A DNA stretch of 64,000 nt, from the NCBI RefSeq assembly GCF_006345805.1, contig NC_043002.1, forward strand, positions 115,010,001 to 115,074,000. Direction: 5' to 3'. Origin of the DNA: Octopus sinensis. Lineage: Eukaryota. Below the pieces are notes generated by a model. It did no database searches, had not been told where the DNA came from, and saw only the letters and a program-made list of their open reading frames with translations. Numbering within the stretch: position 1 is the stretch's first letter; the number at the start of each line of letters is the position of its first letter. Of the stretch, positions 1 through 13,432 are shown piece after piece. The position numbers and the translations under genes were made by a program.

Positions 1-50
1 CTCCAGCATGGCCGCAGTCAAATGACTGAAACAAGTGAAAAAAATAAGAA
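1..50 (+). mobile_element. 3' tail of tRNA-derived SINE family A
   Basis: CTCCAGCATGGCCGCAGTCAAATGACTGAAACAAGT matches the 3' ends of the full copies at 22581-22970 and 55706-56145. Confidence 0.85.
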
Positions 51-366
51 AAAATATATATATATATATATATAAAATAATAATAATAATTATTATTATT
101 ATTATTATTATTATATTCTTTTATCTAGTCATAAGCACAGAGTGAAGTATGTACTGGGTTACACTTATATTAAATTTTATAAACCCGAGCAATGCTTCAG
201 AGAACCCAAGTAAAACCCAAACTAAGCCACTCGCGTATAGCTAATTTTTGTCGACATTTCAATATTCACTATTATTTTGTTTTGAAAATGGAATATTGTT
301 CATATCAGATTATAAAAAATGGATAAATTACTAGGTCTTACTTTCTTTAATATAAAAAAGCCATCT

Positions 367-580
367 AAGGTGGTGAGCTGGCAGTCGTTAGTAGGCGGGG
401 CGAAATGTTTAGCGGCATTTCCTTCGTCTTTATGTTCTTAGTTCAAATTCTACCGAGGTCGACTTTGCTTTTATCCCTTTCGGGATTGAGAAAATAAGTA
501 CCAGTTGAGCGCTGGGGTCGATGTATTCGACAAGCTTCTTTCCCCGAACTTGCTGGCATTTTGCCAAAATTTGAAACCAA
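367..580 (+). mobile_element. tRNA-derived CORE-type SINE family B (monomer)
   Basis: Head AAGGTGGTGAGCTGGCAG, B-box GTTCAAATTC and CORE-like GTCGACTTTGCTTTTATCCCTTTCGGG; many related copies in the window. Confidence 0.85.
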
Positions 581-1487
581 TATAATAATGTTATTAGATC
601 AGGTAGGGAGTATATGTAGCACCGACAGAAATGTTCTAGATATAACAATCTACAAAAACAGAAAAGTACATACATCGCTCAGTGAAGTGCATAGTATATG
701 TGGACATTTCAAATGTATTTCTCATCAGTAAAGTAAAATGAATGAAAGGCAGCAAAAGAGAAACAGCCAAAGATAATGGGGAGGTGAGAAAATCTGTGTA
801 CACAGACTTCGTTAGATCATTGAATTATAGAGAAAGACCTCATTAAACACAGACATACAGTTATTTAGCCTAAAACTAATACAAGATCAGAGGAGCAATC
901 CATATTTATTTATCACCAAAAATGAAAAGAGGAAGGGGTGTTTAGAAGTAAATTTTTTCCTCTTTTCCATTTACGAGACTATGATTAAGGTAAATGGCAC
1001 TTTAGACTGGAAAAGGTCTGGTAATCTCAGGAAATATTTTACTTGCTGCAGAGTTTTGTGTTCTCTTTATTTTTTAGTTTGTTTATTTTTATTTGTTTTT
1101 TGTTTGTTCTTGCTATAAAGGCTGTGTTAGGAATATAAATCCATAAGTGCTGCTATACGAATTAACTACTGAAAAGCAATTGAAGTGTTACAAAAGCAAT
1201 GCCCTGAAATTTAATACCGTAAAAATATTCCTGTTAATGAAACAAAGAATATCATGAAAACCTAAATTGCTGCAACTTGTTTGTACAATTCACGTCATTA
1301 TAAGCCAAAAACATGACACTCGTGGGAGGATTGTAAACTTTCTCTTGATCCAGTAATTTGCAATACGAAGAGAATTTCAGGAAATTGTGTGTAGTGGGTT
1401 TATAGAAAAGAATGCAAGAAATTATTATATGTGACAGAATAATAATGTCAACATTCACTTGAAAATTGCTAATAGATTTTAAAACAC

Positions 1488-4400
1488 TAGATGCTTAGAT
1501 ATACTAAATATATTTGCAGGGGAAAAGACCTTCATCATAAAATTAGTTGTGTTTAGACATGCAATTATTATCTGTCATCCATTCACTCGTTGCCATGCGC
1601 ATTTAATCACTAACACACATATAAATTAAGTCAAGTACATATGGGTAATTGAAAGCTATTCTGTAAACGCACTAGACCAGTAAATATACACCAGGGCCCA
1701 CCACTTATTGCCACAGAAACGAAACCAGTGTTATTTGTCTTGGATAAAGGTTTCTCATAAAATGCTAAAAGTCCCGAAGAATCGTCGGAGTGGAACATGG
1801 TGAAATAACAGAATGAAAAAGTATCACTGTTTTGCCATTTTTTAACTTGGCGCAACTTCAGACGGCCATAACTTCTTAATTAATCAAGATAATCCAAAAC
1901 AAAGAACAAGTAAAAGTGTTTTAAATGAGTTACCCCCCTATTTCCGTAAGTCCACAATAAAATTGTTTGACACAGGATAAAATATATAACTCCTAATCCC
2001 AAGTGCTTTCGTTGATATTGACATGATCAGGAGATAAGGAAGAAAGAAAGGAAAATACATAGTTAGACTCAAGTATATGCTGTAAAGTAAAAGCTGTAAA
2101 GTAAAAACTGACGGTCCACAATGTCCGTCAGTTCAACTACGTTTTCAGTCAGATTTAGCTGTTATCTACATCCTCAGCGCTGCCATAGTCATTGTTCTGA
2201 CAAACACCTCTGCACCCAGAACAAGCAGGTGAACATGGAAGCCCAACCTGACTTGCAGGCACACCACACAACGACTGTGCTGTAGGATCACAGTCAGAGA
2301 TAACTGAGAGTTTCCATCCCCAATCTTCAGCATTCGGTGTGTTTCCCTGCCACTCCTCGACTTGGTGGTAGACACGCAAGTTATGGTACTTCGTAACCGC
2401 TAATGTTGGTGGCAACATGTTAGGATGAACTGCCTTATTTCACGCGGTGACAAGGTATTGGAATCGGCGACATAACATTATCGAACGAGTCGCCTTCTCA
2501 CCTGCCGTGATTATGTTGTCCTTTGTTGTCCTTTTACTCCTGAACACCTCTGCCTGATCCCGAAATGCCTCGTTGTCTTCAATGAGATTGAAACCTGCAG
2601 CCTTCCCGATCCCAAAAACCCTGGATGTGGTACCACATCCCAAGAAAGCATGTACAAAGAGAATATGCGTGTAAACCTGAACCCCCAAGCTTCTGCTTGA
2701 TAGAATTAACACTCATGCTCCTACTTCTGCTCCTTTCATTGGTTCAGGTCGGAAGCTGATGTCATGTTTGTTTTCTCCTGCAAAGTGGATGAGAAGAACA
2801 AGTAGGTCTGTATCGTCTCCGACTAACACAGTTTCTCTGTCCTCAGAGATTCTCACTGCAGTTAGGACAATAAGAGTATCTGCATCTCCTCAGGCATGGA
2901 GGAGCTTTCTTTGGCCAGGGCATCTCCTAAAAGTTCTCTTGGTTTGAGAGGAATTCTATATTTTTTAACTGGAGCTTCGGAGACAGCTGGAATGTCACCT
3001 TCCTACCCTCACACTCCACTCAGCGCTGATGCGTGCTGTCTCTTGTTGAAGGTGCCGCCTTATAATCAAACACAATCACTGCCTCACCATAGTGTTTTGT
3101 AACATATCTGGTACAGTCCTGAAATATCTTGTATGTTTTACTAAGTTGCCATGGCATGCAATGGAGAAGAGCACCTCCATCAAGGACGTATGTGATATTT
3201 TTCCATGGTGCTGGGTTCTGTGGTACCTCAGACCAGATGGCGTCAGCTAGTTGTGGCTATACAGCTTTTAGGAGCTTTTCTTTCCCTTCGAACAAGGTAG
3301 GTGGGTAGTTGCAGAGTTCATAGGTGAGGGCATTCGGAAGATCATTTGCCTGTGATCCTGCAATAATGATTTGTTGAAACAGAAGATCAATCTGTACTTC
3401 ATCACCTATCTTGACTGCCGACTTAGAGTCAAAAGTCACAGTTTGCGTTTTCTTTCTGAAACTGTACTTGACCACATGTTGTCCAACCATTTCATTAAGA
3501 ATATCATATTGGATCCTTTTTGCATATTCCACATTAACCTCGGAACCAGCCGAGATTCCACTGACTATTTTGAGGAGGGATGAGTCTGCTTCGAATGGAG
3601 ACCTCCAGTCAATGAAAGACAGCATTTTGCTACAGTTACTAATGTCCCTTGTTTGCCGAGCTTGTAATATGTCTTTATGATGTTCAGTTGTGTCGTATGT
3701 GATGGACGTCAACTGTTGCATTGTCATGTTTACTTCTGCACAGACTGGCATTAAAAGACATCAGACCAGTCTTTGAGTTTCCGCCAATCCCTTCCCTCTG
3801 ATGATACCTCCACTCGTCTTCAGACTTCTTATTAGTACATTTTCGATCACCAGGTCTGGAGACAACCCTGCCCAGAAACGGTCACTCCTCTTGACTACAT
3901 GTACTCACTGGTGAACTGTTGGTAGACATTGGGTTGTATGCCTTCCAGTTTTGTCATCTTCTGCAAATAGAGGTGCAATGACTTCGTGTTCAAGTTAAAA
4001 CTAGAGGCAGCTATATACGGAAGCATAGCTTGCGACGTCTCCAAATAGAAGGACCAATCTTTCATTTGTTCTGATCACGTGCATGACCTCATGATGTCTA
4101 TCAATTCCATGCATTACAGCCACAGACGTGTAGTACGCTAGCTCGATTCCAACATGTCCTTGTGTGTCCCAAGTTTCTGTTGTAGATCCTGCAGATACAA
4201 AGATGATTCTACACCACTGAGCGTAATTTCATAGAGGTTGTTCTCTCTTGTCTCCAATTCCAGTGGCACACTGTCCTTAAATAAAGACAACTTGATCCCT
4301 AACAGACTGCTCAAGAGTAGTGTGGGAAGGAAGGAATCCACAAGGAGATGACCTCGAATGACACAAGCAACTGCGTTTCCAGTGAGTGTATGAGTAACAG

Positions 4401-5598
4401 TGTCCTTAGCGAAGATCACTTCCAATATTTCGTGAAGGCCTCTTCCTCTCATCAAGTGCCCAATGCCACCCAGAAAGCTCAGTAGTGTGTAAAATCCCCC
4501 AAGTCTTAAAATAATCAGCTGTCGATCACTGTCCTCTCCAAAAGTGAGCACTGGTGTTGCTCCATAGTGCTCTGCAACGAAGTGTAAGGCTGAGTTGACA
4601 CACATCATGTTACCCTGGTTCATATCAAATATTGGTAGGAACATGGTGGATGATTGTCCTGGGTGGTCTCCATTGTTTACCATTTGCATGTATCCCGACC
4701 ATGTTGGTCTTGGTAACCGGTCTGACACGGACGTTTTCCACTGTCAGATCTTCATACTTGATATTAGCAAGTTTATCACCAAGTTCTATGAATTTCTTAA
4801 TGCTGATGTGTCCTACTGCAGCGATCGCCTCTGCTGTCACAGAAATACGTTTTACCAGTCAGGTGCCATCACATTTAGATGTTACAACTGCTATAATACT
4901 CATTCGAGGGAATGTCCTAGAGCCGTCAAGAGTTCTAGAGTCATGATCCACGTTGTTGTCTGAACTCCGGAATGTCCAATCCCTGGTTGACAGCTGCACT
5001 GCGTTCCTAAGTTTGCAACGGTGAATAAGAACTACAGAATCTGTGGAAATTCAGTGTGTCAATCAGAATTCTTGAGGCAAGATGCGAATGCATTTGAACA
5101 CCTAGACCTAATTGCAATGGTGGAGTCAGAACTTTGGGGCGGGAGTCTGCATTATCGCTTGCCCCAATGAGTTCACCTCCAACCGTTTTTCTTTTCCAAC
5201 AAATACGGTGTTCAGTAATAAGCGTAGTGACTCTGGAAAATAGTTAGTAGCTTCTGAGATATCACTCATATAAAGACTTGTTGTACAACTGACTTAACAA
5301 CACTTCTAATGAGGTTGACTGCAGTTTCTATCAGTATCGACTTCTCCGTTTACCCCTTACCCCTGGTAAAGGTATAGGGCTGCCTCAAATCTCTTGACAG
5401 ACATTTCTATGTGGAAGATGTACCAGAAAAACATGGGTTAGAACACCAAAAATGTCTTGATAGCTTCATAAAAAGTGTTGCTGTGCCTGTCTGTACCTTG
5501 GTCGTCTAATCCTGAAATCTAAAAGTTCACCCCTGAAAAAATATTGTTCCACTCAAAAGATTTTATGGTACTTTTAGTATATCATGAAGGGTACCCTA
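1488..5598 (-). mobile_element. Decayed Academ (AcademX-type) DNA transposon: transposase, XPG/PIN-like nuclease and C-terminal Cys-rich finger, with many stops and frameshifts
   Basis: Colinear minus-strand fragments: SLGQAIMQ..PKVLTPPLQLGLGVQMHSH (~5200-5100), DNNVDHDSRTLDG (~4960), LRLGGFYTLLSFLGGIGHLM (~4500), GDADTLIVLTAV..VLVGDDTDLLVLLIH (~2890-2785), HNLRVYHQVEEW..EDWGW and GLPCSPACSGCRGVCQN (~2390-2190). Ends read TAG...CTA. The domain order matches the Academ description; superfamily assigned from memory, not by a search. Confidence 0.75.
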
Positions 5599-5610
5599 GT
5601 CTTTTACTAT

Positions 5611-6000
5611 TTTACTTGTTTCAATCATTTGACTGCGGCCATGCTGGAGCACCGACTTTAGTCGAGCAAATCGACCCAGGGACTGTAAGCCTAGTACTTA
5701 TTCTATAGGTCTTTTTTGCCGAACCGCTAAGTTATGGGGACGTAAACACACCAGCATCGGTTGTCAAGCGTTGTTGGGGGGACAAACACAGACACACAAA
5801 CACACACACACAAATACATATATATGTACATATATACGACGGGCTTCTTTCAGTTTCCATCTATCAAATCCACCCACAAGGCTTTGGTCGGCCCGAGGCT
5901 ATAATAGAAGACACTTGCCCAAATTGCCACGTGGTGGGACTGAACCCGGAACCATGTGGTTGGTAAGCAAGCTACTTACCACACAGCCACTCCTGCGCCT
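5611..6000 (-). mobile_element. Full-length SINE family A
   Basis: The reverse complement has a tRNA-like head AGGCGCAGGAGTGGCTGTGTGG (A-box) and GGTTCAGTCCC (B-box), an internal (TA)n(TG)n tract and the family tail. Confidence 0.9.
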
Positions 6001-8245
6001 ATTGGATGTCTCACCGAAATCCGAACTCAGATTGCTGGATTCAAATTCCAGAGTGCTACTGAGCAAATACCAACAAGTTTCGTTTCTATTGCAATTAGTG
6101 GTGGATTCTGGGGAATATCAGCTAATTTGACTAAATACGGTATCTATCAATATATATTATATATCATTTCAATTCATCTTACAGAGTCTCAGTATCATAG
6201 GATAGAAATCAACATTTCACAACTAATGGTAGCATATTATCGCAGCAAGTATATTTCCAGTGTATTGCTGTCTGTACTTCAACATTGGCGTATTTTTGAC
6301 TTGAAGTTCCATGAGACATTTAATGAAATAAAGTAAAGTTATACTGAGCGTAAATATACATGTGTGTGTAGGGGGTGTATGTGAGCATTATGTGTGCGTG
6401 CATGTATGTGTGCGTTGTATATGTTTCTATAACTCTCCTCCCAATGAGAAAAACTAGCACGAAATATTTTACATAATTTACCGTTTTACCATATATTTGC
6501 CCGAAAAGCAATGAATATGCTATCAAGAAGTTGAAGCACAACAGGCACTGCATCGAGAGATGGTGATTTTTAAGTAAAAGTCAACCAAATTTTATGTGTT
6601 AAGAAAGTGCCATATTTTCAGTCCTAAAACGCTTTAAGAATTATCATTAAATTGACCTGGAATGAATACCAACAAGGACTAGTAAACTAACTCGTGTCCT
6701 GAAAGCAGTTTGTATGCTGTTGTTTCTATATTCCAAATGCAGCATAAATACAGTATCCATCTTGTTTTATAATTTGTTAGTTGCTGACATCATTCATGCG
6801 CGCGAGATAAATGTTACGCCATGAGGAAGGAAATAGAGCTAATACTTTTGGTTGAACCTTTTGTTATAACGAAACACAATGTATAGTGATGTTACAGGAT
6901 GAATATGACAGTCTTGAAGATAAAAATATAAATAACAGTGAATAATGAAAGTGTGAGTAAGGAAGCTAAGGGGAGAAGTAACATGGTGAAACACATTCTA
7001 TACGTTAAACACGAAGCTAGACATTGGTTCTCACTGTATGTTTCGGTTATACCATTGATGATATTTATTCATTTGTTCTTTTATGTAACACACACGGATT
7101 TGGGGAATATGCCATTTAGAAAAGAAACCGAACAGAAAACATGTCATCTTTCTTTTCCAATCTTCTGAAATAGAGCTAGCATATGATTACTTTTTATTTT
7201 GTCATGAGTCCTTGAATAGAAAACCCTTGCCTAAGGGCAAGTGTATTTTTTCACGTTCAAAATTTTAAAAAAACTAATATTATCCGATGACACATATATT
7301 GAAGATATAACAGGTTACTCAGCATTTATATTTGTCATCCTAATCCTTAATTCTAGGTCTAAGAACGTTGAAATATTGGAGCTATCTATCTGTCAGTTTT
7401 TTCTTAAGCTTGCTATATATATCATGAGAGTTTCGCCTTAAGCAAATTTATATTACCATTTATGGTTTTCTGAATGAATGCTTGATAATATAGCTAGGAA
7501 ATTTATGATCCAACCGACCTAACATTTATCACTCCTTTCTTTTCTCATCCATCCATGCATCCATCTGTATATTCTCCTATTTATTCATCTTGTATCTCTA
7601 GATGTTATATGTGTGCGTGCTTCCGTGCAAGTGTGTATGTGTTTTCACCCGTGAATGTGTACGTGCTTACCTGACACTCCTTATTTCGCTTTACATATTG
7701 ATCTAATATTTTCTGTATTAATGCATATTTTGTGTTTTGCTTTCGTTTTTATTTTTTATTTTTTATGCAATTGCTTCTAAGTTCATGGGTGAGCTATGCC
7801 ATAGAGGCACTCAGGATATTTTACTGTAAAAGAGGGTGGGAAAGTCACTAAGCTCATCCAGTTATCAGTAATTGGTAATTCCTGTCAAATACTGAAATTA
7901 TTCCATATCTTAATTTCTTGTTTTAGTATTAGGTATTTGTTATGTCGTTTCTTAAATCCCTATTAACTATACTTAATCTGTTAGAATCTCCCTTTTAAGG
8001 ACGTCGTAAATGTATGCATTTGTTTTGTATTTAGTATTTATTCAGAGAAGGGCCATTCTTTCTTTTCAGCATATACCCTCCCCCTGTAGAATATTGACCT
8101 CTTACATGGGCATACTGAAATCGATATTTTTGTCACCTCAATATCTTAGGGAAAGCGTCTACATTTTCGTTACTCTTATATGCTAATATCCCTATTACAA
8201 TTAGATAACTGTTCTACAGCTAATGTGTCACACACACACACACAC

Positions 8246-8307
<62 letters not shown>

Positions 8308-8449
8308 AGAGAGAGGGAGAGAGAGAGATACATACATACGTATATACATAAGCACAACACTCATTTTACTCAAGAAGATCAAACCATTAAAATCGTTACA
8401 CATCATAACAATGTTTAGCAGGTTTGATATGTTCATCTGCTATGAGTAG

Positions 8450-8830
8450 AGTAGAGAGTTTCAGCTGAGAGTGTCACCATTTGCACCGGAAACAATCAAA
8501 ATTATGTCAGACCTTATAATTCCCTTCGGTCGCACAACAAAACTGCATCGCATATGCTACGGCCTCCTTCAGAGCCAAAATATTCTGCAGATGAGGTCTT
8601 GTACTGAACCTCGACAACGCTTAACTGCGACCCACAATAACTGCTTGTATATTCGGTTGATTCACCGCACATCTACACCTAAGCCCTCCCGATGCCACTC
8701 TCTTTCCACAATGTTTATTGATGGTGCTAAATGAGATCCGTACTAACAATTCTTCCAACTCTTCCTTCACAGAATGCAGATACTCTGCAACTCCCTCTCT
8801 TATCATATCTTATCTTCGTGCATTTCTAAA
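8450..8830 (-). mobile_element. Highly decayed Tc1-like transposase C-terminal fragment
   Basis: Minus frames give HLAPSINIVEREW (cf. SPDLNPIE..W) and QDLICRIFWL*RRP (cf. Q..I..L..SM.RR); several stops. Confidence 0.4.
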
Positions 8831-8909
8831 GAAATTTAAATGAAACAGCAACTACATCTACCTTTTTAATCTGGAAAAGTTAAAAACGATTATAGTATGG
8901 CCACTCTTT

Positions 8910-9056
8910 TCTACTCAAGGCACAAGGCCCGAAATTTTGGGGTAGGGAACCAGTCGACCCCGAAAGGGTGAAAGGCAAAGTGACCTCGGCGGAATTTGAA
9001 CTCAGAACATAAAGACAGACGAAATGCTATTAAGCATTTCGCCTGGTGTGCTATAG
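8910..9056 (-). mobile_element. 5'-truncated SINE family B with 16-bp TSD
   Basis: CORE-like segment flanked by the direct repeat AGTATGGCCACTCTTT at 8894-8909 and 9057-9072. Confidence 0.85.
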
Positions 9057-9394
9057 AGTATGGCCACTCTTTACATAACCTTAAATGAAAAAATATGCCT
9101 CGTATTTTTTCACCGCTATATGTCGCTGTTAAACTTACTTACACTGGAAGATTGTGAATATGAACTTAAAGGCAGACGATTTAGATGGCTAAATATTTGC
9201 ATTTAAATGGTAAAATATATTTCAAATCACCCAGAATTACCTTTACTCACCATGTTTATATTTAAAAGCGTGAATTTCTTTACAGGTGAAATAGATAAAT
9301 CGTTTGTTTATTTTATGTTGTTTGAATATGTTCCTACGAGATATACACATATACGCGTAACTGCTATATACATATGAGTATATCTATTTACTTA

Positions 9395-9397
<3 letters not shown>

Positions 9398-9477
<80 letters not shown>

Positions 9478-9514
9478 GTGTGTGCGTGTGTGTGTGTGCG
9501 TGTGTGTGTGTGTG
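9398..9514. repeat. (GT)n microsatellite
   Basis: Direct inspection. Confidence 0.95.
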
Positions 9515-9603
9515 CAAATGCATATTTAAATAGATACGTCTTAAAATGTCGACTGAAATTTATCTTCAAAATATTTACAACAAATTCTTGTCTTTATTTC
9601 CAG

Positions 9604-9804
9604 ACCACATCTACGCCAACAACAACCCGATCAACAACACATGTGCGGATCATCGTTCCCGCCGATCGCCGTGAGGAGACACACATTACCAACGGTTACG
9701 GTGTTACATTATTGCCGCCTCGCCTGTTTTATCTGACATTCTTCGCTGTTTCTTTCTATTATTTAATGACATTCTTGTCTTCAGGCACACTAAAATGGAC
9801 TTGA
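9604..9804 (+). CDS. Candidate terminal coding exon of a cell-surface protein (Thr-rich stalk plus hydrophobic, GPI-signal-like C-terminus)
   Basis: Strong acceptor TTCTTGTCTTTATTTCCAG at 9585-9603. A GC-richer, non-repeat island whose phase-0 frame reads TTSTPTTTRSTTHVRIIVPADRREETHITNGYGVTLLPPRLFYLTFFAVSFYYLMTFLSSGTLKWT*. No upstream exons identified, and the other two frames are also open for a while. Confidence 0.5.
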   Translation, partial: TTSTPTTTRSTTHVRIIVPADRREETHITNGYGVTLLPPRLFYLTFFAVSFYYLMTFLSSGTLKWT

Positions 9805-10144
9805 ATGGCACTATAAATCAGACATGGAAAAATTAGCTGTGAATAATGGGAAATAATTATAAGGCTTATTTTGAGAGAATCAGCAATTTTGTTTCATTCT
9901 TAAACAAATAACCTCTATCTTATTCGATGGATTACTGTTCCTTAAACTGCTATCTGCCATATTAATTCGTACAACTTCTAAAATATAAATAATATTATAT
10001 ACAGAAACCTTATTTTTTGTTCTATGTCAATCATATTTTATATCTGCAAAAATGTAGTTTCTTACTCAATTTTATAACATTATTTAATCACTTCTTCAGA
10101 TGTTGATGATGATGATATATATATATATATATATAATATATATA

Positions 10145-10223
<79 letters not shown>

Positions 10224-13200
10224 AACACTATGACTATATTTCATATTTATGCTTACATGCGATTTAACAGATCCCTGTGTGTCCATCAAATTTCCATGGT
10301 CAAGTGACCTTTATACAATGGCACGCAAACATAATAGAAATAGAGTAATGTGAAACGTGTTTCATATATAAGATATTAGATAATTCAATGACTTGTATTA
10401 TATCAATGTTGAATGCATAGTAATAAAGTAACAATGACCAAAAATATAAACATATGATATTTGTAATATATATTCTTTTCTAAGTATTCGAATTCTACAA
10501 TCAGATGGAAATCAATGCAATATGCATTGGAGATATAGTTTTAATTGTGGTAACATTTGCATACATTATCAGTGAGATTGCAATGAAAGGTTTAAGGCTC
10601 ATCAATGCTGTCAATGATTCTTTTATTCTCAACCTATTTCCTGCTGGATAACATTATTCATATTTCCTTTCCTACCAATAAGGACATTGGAAATAAACCC
10701 AATGTTATACGTCGAGTATAAACTTTACTCTTTCTGGAAATTATTTAATAAATTTAAAATATGTGCTTAGCTTGGCTATTAAAAAATGGTTATTAAATAA
10801 TGTTGATTATCATTACCCATGGCTAACACTATTAGCCGACTGGTGGATATGCCAATTGCCATAAAAATTAGGATATTTAGACTTACGTATTTACTTGCAT
10901 GGTTTGACACCTTTCATGAACCATATACTTTGGCAAAATATCAATTTTGAAACATAAGAACCAAACACATATTTTACTTTTTCTACTGAAATCAACAAAA
11001 AAAAAACAGACAATTTAAAAAATTGCATCATATGTTTTATAAAACATTTTTAAGATAAGTATTTTAAGAATTCAAGCATGTATTTTACAAAATAACTTTC
11101 TAATGTTTTTTAAACATTCTTCATGGAGGAAACAATGTTCTAATTGATTCCATTTAAAATACTAGGGGTTAAGAGTCTACTATAATGAATCAGGTTTGAT
11201 ATGAATCCTATTCTAAACCCACAGGTATCTCATATATTCTGATCAAAACACATACACACACATACACACAGACGCAGACACACATGCACAGACGTACGCA
11301 TACACGTCGCATGCGCACGCACACACACACACACATACATCGAATATATCAAAATATTTTCAAAAGCAATACGATTATCATGCTCTGTATTACAAAAGTA
11401 ACTACGTATGTAAGGTATAAGCAGAATATCTTCAGTCGAACCAAAATTGTATATCTCAGAATGTGAGATATCATGTACTCTTTTTGTCAAAGTAATTGTA
11501 TGATAAACCTAAAGTATTATACATGGGAGTTAATCATTATAGATATCATGATTTGTTCTTATACAAATATTAATTTACCTTATCCCCGAAAGATCGGCTC
11601 TTCTTAGCAATTCATTTATGCTGAATTCTAAATGCTTGCACATTTTTCTGCAAGTCTCCAGTAATAAAAATGTATTCACATTTTATTTTTAAAACTATTA
11701 ACTGTAACTCATGTCGATGGAATTCTCTTTCTAGGTAAAAATATCTGAAAACTAGGAATTTTACATTAAATCTTTACCTTATATACTTTGTCTTTATAGT
11801 ACTGCCTTCTGCATTGCTATCTCTTTTTACTACATATTTCAGTGCATCGCAAATTAGCAATTTACTTAGAAATATGGAAACAGATATATGCTCGTTATCG
11901 TTTTTTTATCATAATTATAAAATATGGTAAGCTATCATTAGATTAAACTTGCAATGTTTAGAGTAAATACTGTTTAATGAAAGCAACAATTACTGTAAAT
12001 CAATGTCTTTCCGGATAAAGAAACTCCCATACATATGATCGAACTTAATTCTTGAAGGAAATCTTGACTTGGAGGGGATCGGAGTCAATTTGAAGAGTTA
12101 ATGCTTGGCATTGAGTTATTCTGGACACCAACTATTTGGACAACTCAACTGAATATAAAGACAAGATAAACTCAGAAATGCCGCAGAATCTTTAAATTGA
12201 TCGTCCTCCTATTTTATCTAGGCCTGATTGTACCAAGCAGTTCACGATAGTTCAATAATCAACCCAGAAGATAACGAATCTGACATATTCTTTTCTGAAA
12301 ATTTGCTTTAAAAATTCAAATATGGGCAGGAGTAGAAGAATGTCAAAGACCCAAACATCATGTATTTATATAGTTAGATGATTGTGCGTTGCTTTAATCA
12401 CTAAACAGTTGGAATTTAATATTTTAATATAGTATATCTTTATTTGTTCACGTACATACTCCGGCTTGGAATAACGGAACACGCGCATATCTGAATGCAC
12501 AAAAATGTGTATCATATGCTGTATTGCATGATGAATGTTTCCGTAATTCAAGGTTGAAAAATGAAATGGGAAACGTGAACGGTGACATTTTTTGAAAGAT
12601 TTGGTAGTTATATTTTCTAGAAATAAAGGTCACATTTGAAAGTTATACAGTAATGAAAGGATTCGTACTATCAATACTGTTTTTTTTTAGCCAACATCAA
12701 AGATGATGCATTTCATAATCTTTGTCAAACATTTGTCACTATAAGTTTAACTATATTATAACGTTTTGTATTGACAAATCATATAAGAGCTGTATTAAAT
12801 TGATGTGTTATATAGAATGGAATATCAAATCTATTGTATCTATATTCTTAATTTATGTTATAGGAATTGAAGATGGAAAATATTTGAACGTAACACCATT
12901 GGTGGTTCTGGGAATGAAACATATATTGCATTTTCATATCAAGGTTTCTATAAGATTTATGAAGAGTTAAATTTATGGGAACAGAAATAGATACAAGATG
13001 AAGGAAAAAACTGTGTATAAGAAAGTAAATATACATCCATACAATGTTGACTTCAACACAAATTGAATTGCGTTTTGGGTTATTTTTTGGGTGGGGGTAC
13101 TTTAAAAGATGTATACATTTTTTCATATTTTCTCCTACAAAGGAATCTTGAAAAGTTTGACGACCAAAATACTAAAAAATATTGTTTACACACACACGAC

Positions 13201-13274
13201 GAGCATATACACTCATACACAGAGAAAGAGAGTCAGAGAGACACATAGGTAGATAGATAAAGAGATTGCTAAGT

Positions 13275-13275
13275 C

Positions 13276-13370
<95 letters not shown>

Positions 13371-13432
13371 GGACGGACGGACGACGGACGGACGGACGGA
13401 CGGACGGACGGACGGATGGATGGATGGATGGA
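13275..13432. repeat. Compound tetranucleotide microsatellite (GATA)n-(GACA)n-(GACG)n-(GATG)n
   Basis: Direct inspection. Confidence 0.95.
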
